DNA of 64,000 bases, taken from Antechinus flavipes. Taxonomy: Eukaryota. This document shows, piece by piece, positions 12,540 to 23,080 of this stretch; positions within the stretch are counted from its first letter, which is position 1; every line of letters begins with the position of its first letter. The stretch covers positions 109,988,001 to 110,052,000 of the forward strand of contig NC_067403.1 of assembly GCF_016432865.1 (NCBI RefSeq). Reading direction: 5' to 3'. Under the pieces are notes generated by a model. The model ran no database searches and was not told where the DNA came from. It saw only the letters and a program-made list of their open reading frames with translations. Made by a program: the position numbers and the translations under genes.

Positions 12540-13802
12540 CCTTTCCTAACTATAACCTGCTTGGGAGTGGTATGGGGATGAAAGGGGGAAAAAAAGAATA
12601 AAGTAAAAAATGTGAGCAACAGAGAACAAAAGAACAACATACAAGGAACTAAAGAAAAGATGGACACTCATGAATATAATTTCTTCTATTAACGTAGATA
12701 CTTCCTTGAACAGGCATTTGTTGTTATATATTTTGAATATTCCCTGATGTTCTGCCGAGCACATGACTATGTTCTATTTTGTTTTGTTTTCCTTTTTTTT
12801 TTTTTTAATTCTGTTTCTTTAAATAAAATGAATTTGAAATAAATAAATAAAAGGTAATCCAGCAATTGGCTGTGTATATATAAAACATACCAAGCCTAAA
12901 GACTCATGTGCTTCAGGTGAAAACAAGATATGCAGAAGGCCATAACATTACAGACTTAGAAAGAAGTTTTGGAAGACAAGGGCTGTTTCATTTTTTTTTT
13001 CCTTTTGAATCCATAGAACCTAGTACAATACATTGCACAAAACAAGAACTTAATTGAATAGTATCTGGTTTAATGCCTTCATGTTATAGGTAAGAAAATA
13101 GAGGTGCAATAAGGTAAATGAAAGGGATTTGCCCATAAGCACATAGGGGACAATGTCAAAATTTGAGTGTAAACCCAAATGCTTCAATTTCAAATCAAAC
13201 ACTCCCTTCTGCTACACAATTCTGAATCACATCGTTTCAGGTAAGATAACTATACAAATAAATACCACCAAGGAAGACAAACAGGTAAACTATACTTCAA
13301 GGTACCACAGATATTTAAAACTATTAATATTAAATATATACAACAAATGGCACAGAAAAAAGCCAAATGAAATGCAGAAAAAGAACTTGAGAAGGTAACT
13401 ATAGACAACTTGATAAATATAATAAGCATGAAGAAAATTACAGATCTTAACATAATGTTGGAAAAAACCTCATTTGATAAAACTATGGCTACTATTTGCC
13501 CACTGAACAAATAATTCCTATTGAGTGTCCCATAGGTCCCATTAAAACTGAATATGTCCAAAATAGAAGTTGTGTCTTTTTTATAAAACCTACCCTTCTA
13601 TATATTCCCTATTTCTGTGTATCATTATACATTGAGAAATGGACCTTAAATGATAACATCTAAATTAACTAGTTGCTTAAAAAAATCATAGAAACAAATA
13701 AATTCTTAATCCTGAAAGGAAAACTGAGGACTCAAATGTGTTTATGTTATTAGACCTAGGAAATGAAAACTAGTTACTGTTCAGGATGTAAGCCTGTGTA
13801 AG

Positions 13803-13816
13803 CCACCAGATGGCAC
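13803..13816 (+). promoter_or_regulatory. Candidate CTCF binding site
   Basis: CCACCAGATGGCAC closely matches the CTCF core CCACNAGRKGGCRS; motif evidence only. Confidence 0.45.
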
Positions 13817-14275
13817 TTGGACCTTTTTTTTTTTTAATCAGCTCACTTCAAACTAGGCGCACACAGAAAGAACTTAGAATATCCAGCACCTCTCGAACCT
13901 TTTTTTCCCCCTAGTGCTCTCTGGGCTTGATGCTTGGTTCAAGGATATGGGTTTTCTCCAAAATTCATAATTTCCTTTCCATTCACGCCCCACCAACTTC
14001 AATGGCTCAGTTTTACTTCCCCCCTAAAGGATTAACTCAATAGGCAAATGAGCTTAAATACAGTCACTAAAATGAAGTTTCACAGTAACTTCCTAAATGA
14101 TAGTACCAGCCACTGATAAAGTTGAATTTTCAACTCCTCCTGCTGTTTCTGCTTCAGGTTCCTTTGCTCTTTAAGGTGAAAGAGAGACAGCTGTATTTAC
14201 AGGACTTGTTAGAGAAGCATTTTCAAGAACTTCCAGCACAGTGAGAAAGGCAAATTGTCTCATAGTGCTCTAATC

Positions 14276-14477
14276 TAGTAATGCTTAAGCTTTTGTTCTC
14301 CATATCCTTTTATACTACTAAAAATTATTGAGGATCTGTCCAAATAATTTTTATTCATGTGGGTTATATTTATAGATGTTTGCCACATTAAAATTAAAAA
14401 CCAATTTTGAATTTGTAGACCCTCTGAAAGTTTCAGAGACCCCCAGGATTCTCTGAATCGCACTTTGAGAACCACTA
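14276..14477. mobile_element. hAT-Charlie-type non-autonomous DNA transposon
   Basis: Degenerate TIRs tagtaatgcttaag / ctttgagaaccacta; 8-bp TSD ctctaatc (14268-14275) / ctctaacc (14478-14485). Confidence 0.8.
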
Positions 14478-15244
14478 CTCTAACCCACCTCTACTTCTCT
14501 TGTCTCATAGAAATTTCAATCAACTCCTAGCCAAATGCCAGGAGAATCTGTCACTCGGATCTGAGCCCCAGGAAACTGTCTGTTACTTCAGCAGGCTGAC
14601 AGTAAGCAAGTCTCGGCATACCCAGTTGGCACTATCCTCTGGGGAATGCACACAAATCAATGTTCTTTTCCAATTCTCATCCCAATGAGGGGTTGACTTG
14701 ACTGGAACCCGAGAAGGGCCATACAATCAGCACTTCCATGGGCTGGCCCCAAGTTCCCCTCTGCCAGGCAGCCCATATGTTCAGATGCTTGCCTCCTCTT
14801 TTCACTGTCACAGCTGAACCCTGGAAATGCCAGTCAGCAAAAAAACCAACAAATGTCAGAAAGTCTGAGTATGAATTCCACAAAACACTCCATGTGCCTT
14901 CTGAAAGGTCTTGAAGAATCATGTGATCAATTGTGACTCTGACCACTATTTGTTATGGTATCACTTCCCCACCAGGCACTCTTCAGCTCCATGTTTTCAT
15001 CCTGATGGTAGTGAAATGGAGGTAGGGTCTGGATCAGTGACATCATTGATTTAATGAGTAAAACACCAGAGGAGTAATCAAGCAATGTAGATCTAAACCA
15101 TCTCTGCACTTTCAGATGTGTATGGGGCACCGAAATTGAATTGCCCAGAGTCGAATAGCCAGAATGGCTCAGAGATACAGGCTTCAAAAGCCAGCTTTCT
15201 GTCCTCTCTCCTAGCAGTCTCTTATGAGATAGTGAAATAACATC

Positions 15245-16150
15245 AAAATAAATGGGATGCAATTAAAGCAATGCTTCGAGGAGAATATATCAATGAAATC
15301 TATTAACAGAAGAGAAAAAAAATTAATAATGAAGTATTCGATTTAAAAACTAGAAAATTAACAAATTAATTACACTAAAATATGCACAAAAGACCTTTTA
15401 AAAATCAAAGGAAAAACAAGTTGAAAACAAAAAAATTAAGTCAGCTATTTGGGGAAAGAGATTTTAAAAAATTAATTGAATTAAAAGAGAAAATAGAAAT
15501 CAAATGACCAAAATTCAAGTGAGAATGATGGTACAACAATGAATAGAGGGGGGGAAAGACAATCATTAGAAGTTAAAAAACCCAAATATATGATAGTGTA
15601 AAGAAAACATATAGATAGCTATAAAAACACAAAACGTCTAATTTGATAAAATATGAGAGATCCTAAATCTTTTGATCTCAGAAAGACAAAGTTAAAGTTG
15701 TCAATGAATGCCAAAAGGAAAAACAAGGACTCCAAACCAAGTAAAGCTTTACAAAAAAAAAAAAATAAGAAGAAGAAAAATATTATAAGAAAAAAACTCT
15801 TGTATCCAATATTTCTGATGAAACACTAATATACAAAACCAAGAGCAAAGTAATAAATCTATAAGACTTAAAAGTCATTCTCCAATAGATACAGTATTAA
15901 AAGATATAAACAAAATTTTTGAAAGAAATGTAAGCCATTAACATTAATAAAAAAAACTCAAAATCACTAATATTAAGAGAAATGCAAATTAAAACAATTT
16001 TGAGGTATTACCCTGATGAGTTTGGTTAAAAATGAAAAAAAAGTTATTGTTGTAAGGGCTACGAACAGATCAGGGTATTAATTGATTACTGATGTTGCTA
16101 TAAATAGGTGCAACAAAACTTGAAAACAACATCTCAAAATGTTTCAAAAA
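15245..16150 (+). mobile_element. Ancient, heavily deleted L1 ORF2 fragments
   Basis: tgggatgcaattaaagcaatgcttcgaggag (L1 WDAAKAVLRG motif) and gaaatgcaaattaaaacaattttgaggtatta; A-rich sense strand. Confidence 0.75.
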
Positions 16151-16156
16151 TCTCAA

Positions 16157-16890
16157 AATGTCCAATAGATATCTCAAATTTAATACATCCAAAACAGATG
16201 CCCTTAAATTCCCCCCGATTCTACTTTCTCTATTACTATAGAGTCCAACACTATCCTCCTACTCCCTCCTGGTACAAGATTTATGTGTCTATGTGTCATC
16301 CTCAACTCCTCACTATGTTGTACGCCTCATATCCAATCTATTGTCAAGGTCCTTTGCAACGTTTCTCAAAGACCTGTTTCCTCCTCTCCTCTGACACCAC
16401 TATCACTCTAGTGTTGGCCCTCATCATTTCATAACTGGATCATTATAATATCCGGTGCTGGATCTGCCTGCCTCAAGTCTTTCCCCACTGCAACTTAGCT
16501 TCTATTTAGCTGCCAAAATGATTTTTCTAAAGTACAAGTATGATCGTGACACTCTCCTACTCAAACTCTCTATCACCTCTAATAACAAAAACAAAATCTT
16601 CTGATCTCCTTGAAAAAGACGCCCCATCTCTCAACTCTGGGCATTTTCTCTGGTTGTCCCTATTTCTGCCTATTCCTTTCCTTGACTTCCTTTAAGTTCC
16701 AATTAAAACCCCATCTTCTGCAAGAAATCTTTCCCAACTCTTTCTAATTACAGTGCCTTCCTTCAGTGAATGTTTTCTATTAATCCTATATATATCATGG
16801 GTGTCCATATTTGTTTATTCCATTTCTCCCCTATTCAATTGTTAGCTCCTTGATTTAGCTTCTTTTTATGTCCCTAGCCCTTAGCACAGT
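16157..16890 (+). mobile_element. L2 LINE 3' portion
   Basis: C/T-rich L2 sequence tgtccaatagatatctcaaatttaa...gcccttagcacagtg. Confidence 0.8.
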
Positions 16891-16894
16891 GTTT

Positions 16895-17700
16895 AGACTG
16901 GATACTTGTAATACCAAAAATCTGGAGAAAAATTAAATACTTAAAAAATGGGGGAGGATAAACAAATTACGATATAAGAATTAATAGATTATCACTGCAT
17001 AATAAGGAGCATTGAACACGAAGGATTCAAAGAAATGTGAGAAGTCACACAAATTAATAATAGCTACTTAGCTTTTATATAACACTTTAAGATTTGCAAG
17101 CCCTTTGCAAATGTTATTTCATTTTATCCTTATGAAAATTCTGAGAGGTAGGTGTAATTATTAGCCCCATCTCACAGATGAGGAAACTGAGGCAAATAGG
17201 AAATAAGTGATTTGTCCAGGGTTTCACACAGGTAGTAATTAAAGTTGGTTGTGAACCTAAGTCTTCCTGCTTTAGATGCAATGTACTACTTAGCAGAAGC
17301 AAAAGAATAATATATATAAAGAATATGAATATAACATTAAAGGGCAAGAAAACTCAAGTCAAATACAATGGACAATGTTGTTTATAAATTGTTAGAATTA
17401 TATCATCCAGGGCAGCAAGTGGTGCAGTGGATAGAGCACCAGCCCTTAAGTCAGGAGGACCTGAGTTCAAAGGTCATCTCAAACACTTAACATGTCCTAG
17501 CTGTATGACCTTGGGCAAGTCACTTAACCCCAATTGCCTCAGCAAAAAAAAGAAAAAAAATGAATTATATCATTCAATCTTCTTTTTTGTTAACAAAAAG
17601 TCATCTATATAATGCAAAGTTACATGATCGAAATATGGATGTAAATGATTAAGTTATAATATGTACTATTAATCCTTAATAAATCGATATCAAGGACTTG
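16895..17700 (+). mobile_element. Continuation of the ancient L1 3' end, interrupted by a MIR (~17060-17290) and a WSINE1
   Basis: ttgtaataccaaaaatctggag...aaacaaattacgatat; resumes aaactcaagtcaaatacaatgg after the MIR. Confidence 0.6.
17410..17560 (+). mobile_element. WSINE1
   Basis: gggcagcaagtggtgcagtggatagagcacc...gcctcagcaaaaaaaagaaaaaaaa; TSD gaattatatcatcca / gaattatatcattca. Confidence 0.92.
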
Positions 17701-18771
17701 AATAGAAAGTAGCCTTTTTGGGGAGCAAAGAAAAGTGCTTTGGATGGAGAAGTATTATTAACATGTGACATATTTCAAAACAAAAGGTTTCATTTTTTAT
17801 TGCACTAGTTCTGATATGATAAAGAATAGAATTTGCATGAAATACAAATTTCTCTTCCAATTTTTAAAGTGTAGGGAATCACCCTCAACCATACTCTTTG
17901 AAGTATGAACTCTTCAAGAAGTTACTTTTAAAAAAGAAGTAAAGGCCTTATTCCAACAAATTATTTAGCTTCCTGATATAGAAGCAGAACAAACTTTGAA
18001 TTCAGCACTGAGTCATATAAAGCAGGACTTTTAAATCATAATTCTTGACTTATTTGAGTGTCCTGGCACCTGCTCAATGCAGCATCAGATGCATGGCTGG
18101 ACTACTGATTTCTGGGACCCCATGAACATTTTTAACAACCATCATCTAAAGCTCCAATTGTAAATCAATCACACTATCTGGAACTGGGGGGGTGGGAGGT
18201 GGGGGGTCTTACATGCCATCGAATTCAATCATTCTTTTTTTCTCGGTTGACAAAACAGATTGATATAGGTAAAGTAAGTTTCTCATGGGTACACAGATAT
18301 CAAATAGCAGAGCCAGAATATGAAACCTTATCCTCTGACTTCAAATTCAATGTTCTTCATAAGATAGGATGCTTTTCTCTGAAAAAAGAAAAAAAAAATT
18401 CCCTAATTTTCCAACATGTTGGATCACTGTACAATTACCTAAATGATATGAGTTAATCTCCCAATAACAAGGCAATCTTTTATTTGTTGACAATATTTTT
18501 GTTCCCTATTTGGTTAAAGCAATAATTTATTATATCATCTTGCTGTCATATTTCCATTTACCACTAGAGGGAAAACTTTTACTGAAACAAAGCAACATTC
18601 AAAAGTGGCATTTTATTTTTAAAACCTTAGTTTATGAAGATGGTAAATTAATGTTTCAGTTATGTTCACCTGTTACTCTCCAAATTCATAAAGTAGCAAA
18701 GACAGAATTTTTTAATGAAACATAACATCTTACCTGAATACATTAACATTAGTTTTAATAACTTTTCCAAA

Positions 18772-18772
<1 letters not shown>

Positions 18773-18847
<75 letters not shown>
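18773..18847. repeat. (TA)n microsatellite
   Basis: Direct reading; one interruption. Confidence 0.97.
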
Positions 18848-18849
<2 letters not shown>

Positions 18850-19789
18850 CAAAGAAGTTTTAGTCTGTCATCTCTTTTGATCCCCACAATTCTGTAAGTA
18901 GGTAAGGCAGATACTCTTTTACCTTTTTTTAGATGATGAAACAAAAGCACAGAATAGGCAAAATGAGTTAATTAGCAGAACTAAGATTTTGCTTCAGGTT
19001 TCCTAAATCATAGTCTGGAGCTCTTTGCATAAACTACACTGCTTCCCTATTTTTTTTTCAGGAAGAAAACAATAACACATAGTAATTTTATTATCATACA
19101 AAGCATAAGAATTATGTAAACAGTAGTAGAAGAAGGCTAAAAGCCTGTTTCCTGCTTTCTGATTTTTTTTTTTTTTACCATTATACTCTGAAAAGTTGAC
19201 ATGTTGCTTTCTATATACTATATGACATATATGTGTATATATTTATATACATATATCTTAAAAGTACACTAAAATATTTAAAATTCTCTCCATAAATGTA
19301 ATATATACATACATGTACATATATACATACATGTACATATATACATACATGCACATCTGTATATTTCTACACATAGATGTGTGTGCATTAAAATTATTAA
19401 AGCAATAATATGACTTAGCTTCTTGTGAGATTAGATTGGCCATCCTCATTGAAAATTAAAGAAAAAAATTAAAATCATATGACATCCTTCTCTGAATGTA
19501 CTGTCAACATACTGATATAATGATAATAGCTAACCTTTACACAGTCCTTTAAGGTTTGCCAAAAACTTTACATATATTATCTTATTTGATATAGCGTAAG
19601 ATGCACATTTGTAAAATAATAAAATTCTTGAAGTTTCTCTTTTGTATTTCCCTTAGTGTCAAACATAGCTCAGTGCACATTGTGAGCAGGTAAGCATGTT
19701 TATTCAATGAATGAATCATTGTTTGTGGTTTTGTGAAGTACGGAAAAAGCAGGTGGTAGGTAGTAATGATGATAAAAGAAAATGATTAT

Positions 19790-19983
19790 GGAGTTCTTAA
19801 CATGGGATTTGTGGATACATTTCTGGGGGCCTGTGAACTTGGATGGGAAAAATGACAACTATCTTCACTAACCTGTAACCGAAATTTAACACATCCTTTA
19901 ACTATTTAAAACCGTTTTGAGAAGAGGTCAAAGGGATCTATGTAAAAGAGAGGGGGGAATGGTTAAAAGGTTAAGAATCATTG
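19790..19983. mobile_element. hAT-Charlie-type MITE
   Basis: TIR-like ends ggagttcttaacatggg / aaaggttaagaatcattg. Confidence 0.6.
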
Positions 19984-20620
19984 CATTATATCTGGAATAG
20001 GCCCTAATCCTTCTGATCGCTGTACTTTTGCTGATGTTGATGCTTTTGCCACAACTTTACCTCCCCTCCCTCTCACCCCCATGATTGAATTCTTAACTTT
20101 AAAAACTCTTAAATCTTGCCTCTGACACTAACTAGCTGAGGAATCTTGACCAAGGTACTCTGCCTCTGAGAGTCTGAGTTTCATGTTTGTAAAATGAGAA
20201 ATAGAATATGTCTCTGTCAAACTCCCAGGGTGAGAGTCATATGGAATAGTGTTTGCGAAGTACGTCAGTTATTGCCATTATTTTTCCCTTATCTAACTTC
20301 ACATAACATTTTTCTTACACCTCTCTTATCTGCTATTATTCTGTAATACTGGTTTGTGTCAGATTTTCCTACTGTACATTTTTTAAAATTCAAGGAATGG
20401 GAATATTACCATAGACATAAATGCATGTACTCTGCATATCCTCATTTGAAGATAGGCACTTAATAAATATTTATTGATTGCTTGTTGCCACAGCACTTCA
20501 GTCCCCTGAAAAAGTCTATGTAAGTGCATACCTCGTTGCAGAGAGAAGGAAGAAGAAAGAAGTAGTTGAGTGGGCATGGATTTATCCCATTCAGGCTAAA
20601 TCTCATTTAAAGCTTCATTT

Positions 20621-22036
20621 TTAATAGTATAGTAGAAACTAGGCACTGAGCAACATCTAATATCCTATTCCAAGATAAGGTCAAAATGGTTCATGATTTA
20701 GACGCAAAGTGTGATAGATACTATAAGCAAATTATTTGTCAGATATTTGTCAGATATGTGGAGATAGGAGGAATTTATAGCCAAAGAAGAATAGAACATT
20801 AAGTGCAAAATGGATCATTTTGATTATAGTAAATTAAAAAGGTTTTGCACAAGCAAAACCAATGCATCCAAAATTAGAAGGGAAGCAGAAACCTGGGGAA
20901 AAAAAATTTACACCCACTGTTTCTGATAAAGGCCTTATCGCTAAATTATGTAGAAAATTGTTAGAATTATATCATCCAGGGCAGCAAGTGGTGCAGTGAA
21001 TAGATATCTAATGATAAATGATCAAAAGATATGAACAGATAATTTTCAGATGTATAAATTAAAGCCATTTCTTGGTCATATAAAAATATTCTAAATCACT
21101 ATTGATAAGAGAAATGCAAATTGAAACAATTCTGAGGTACTATTTCAACACCTCTCAGATTGATTAAAATGACAGGAAAAGATAATGATGTGGGAAAATT
21201 GGGATGCTTATGAATTATTTGTGGAATTGTGAAATGACCCAACCATTCTGCAAAGCAATTTGGAACTATGCCCAAAGGGCTATCAAAGTGCATATATCCT
21301 TTCAGCCAGCAATATCTCTATTGGGTTTGTATCCAAAAGAGAGCATAAAAAAGGAAAAGGATCCACATGTGCAAAAATGTTTATTGCAGCCTTTTTTGTA
21401 GCGGTAAGGAATTGGAAAGTGGAGTGGATGCCCATCAGTTGGATAATGGCTGAGTAAGTTATGGTTTATGAATATAATGGAATTTAACTGTCTTATAAGA
21501 AAAGATAAGCAGGCTGATTTCAGAAAAATCTGGAAAAACTTACATGAACTGATGTTAAGTGAAGTGAGCAGAATTAACTGTCATAGCAACAATAAGATTG
21601 TATGATGATCAACTGTGATGGACTTTGCTCTTTTCAACAATGTGGTGATACAAGGCAATACCAAAAGATTTGTGATAGAAAGTGTCATTTTCATCAAGAG
21701 AGAGACTATAGAAATTGAATGTGGATCAAAGCATAGTACTTTCACCTTCTGTTGTTGTTGTTGTTATCTTGGTTTTTTCTTTTTTATTTTTTTTCTCATT
21801 TGATCTGATTTTTCTTGCACAGCATGATAAATACAGAAATACGTTTAGAAGAATTGTACATCTTTAACCTATATCTTGGGAAAGAGGGAGAGAGGGAGAA
21901 AAGGAGAAAAGGGAGAGAGGAAGAAAAATTTCAAACACAAGGTTTTGCAAAGGTAAAATGTTGAAAACTATCTTTGCATGTATTTGGATTGAGTATTGAT
22001 TACTGGATTATTGGAGTATTGACAAGGAAAAAAAAT
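20621..22036 (+). mobile_element. 5'-truncated L1 (ORF2 C-terminus, 3'UTR, polyA)
   Basis: ORF2 C-terminal motifs (aaattaaaaaggttttgcacaagcaaaaccaatgcatcc; tggaactatgcccaaaggg); TSD aagcttcattt at 20610-20620 and 22037-22047. Confidence 0.9.
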
Positions 22037-22699
22037 AAGCTTCATTTCCACAATAAAATTGTTAGGAGCCAATTTCTGATCAGAAAAGAAATGTGATGCA
22101 GGGTACAAAGAGAGATATCTCCTTGATGAGTTCTGGAGTTTTTACAATAGTACTTTCTTGAGTTCTAAAGTAAGTATTAGCTTCATTGAAGACTTTCATT
22201 GGCACTTCATCTTAAAAATTTCCTACTATATAACTAATGTTTGAAGATTACAATAGAAAGTAAAAATTCACCATAAAAATAAAGTATAATGTGACCTCAG
22301 TATCACGTGGTTTTTAAACTTTATACTGCAATTCTGAACCTTCTGCTCTGGTCCTCCAGAAGTAAAAATAAGTGGTAGTAATATTTTTAAATTGAAGCTT
22401 TTAACATTTCACTTTTTTGCCTTTAAAATTTTAACTCTAATCCAGTGGGGGGAATGATAGAAACATGTACTATTATTAATACATGATCTTTTGAAAATGG
22501 AGTTCCAAAGATTCTACACAAAAGTGGATAATAGAAGTTTATATAATGTTTTTATAGATATTTGATATATGCAATAATGCCCCAAACTCAGCCATGACCT
22601 TTGTAGTAGTGTTTTCCATCACATCTGAAAATATTGCAGTAATATATTTAATTTAGTTTATAATATAATGATTTTATATTATATATATAATAATAATTA

Positions 22700-23080
22700 G
22701 TCAATAATATAATGATCCAAGACAATTCTAAAAGGTTCATGGTGGAAAATGCTATCCATAACCAGAGAAAAATGTGATGGGGCCTAAATACAGATTGAAG
22801 AGTACCATTTTCATTTTGTTTTTATTTTTTTCTTTTTGTTCTATTTATTCTTTTACAACATAATTAATGTGGAAATATATTTTACTTGATTGCACATGTA
22901 TAATCTATATCAGATTTCTTGCTGTCTTGGGGAGGGAAAAGAGAAGAGCAAAAGGAAGAAAAAACTTGGAATTCAAAATCTTCCAAAAAAAAAAAAAAAC
23001 AAACAAAACAACAAACTTATGTTGAAATTGTCTTTACATGTAATTGAGAAAAAAATAAAATACTATCAATTTTTTAAAGA
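22700..23080 (+). mobile_element. Old L1 3'UTR fragment
   Basis: aatgatccaagacaattctaaaagg..catggtggaaaatgctatcca...aaaactatctttacatgtaattg-like end and A tail. Confidence 0.75.

Larger units (their letters stand above)
9810..12850 (+). mobile_element. Full-length ORF1-only (HAL1-like) L1-related element, decayed, with nested insertions
   Basis: L1-type 5'UTR (caagatggaggagtag), degenerate coiled-coil ORF1 ~10420-11390, no ORF2 sequence recognised, A-rich tail; flanking TSD taaaaagtaacccag (~9795-9809) and taaaaggtaatccag (12848-12862). Confidence 0.7.

Noticed and set aside
18558-18575. Weaker CTCF-like motifs (also ~39148-39162 and ~47478-47490)
   Set aside because: They are only partial matches, which are expected by chance in 64 kb.
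20490-20519. Plus-strand 26-nt micro-exon candidate (cag|...|gtaagt)
   Set aside because: The acceptor lies in an L2 3' end, the length is not frame-preserving, and there is no other support.
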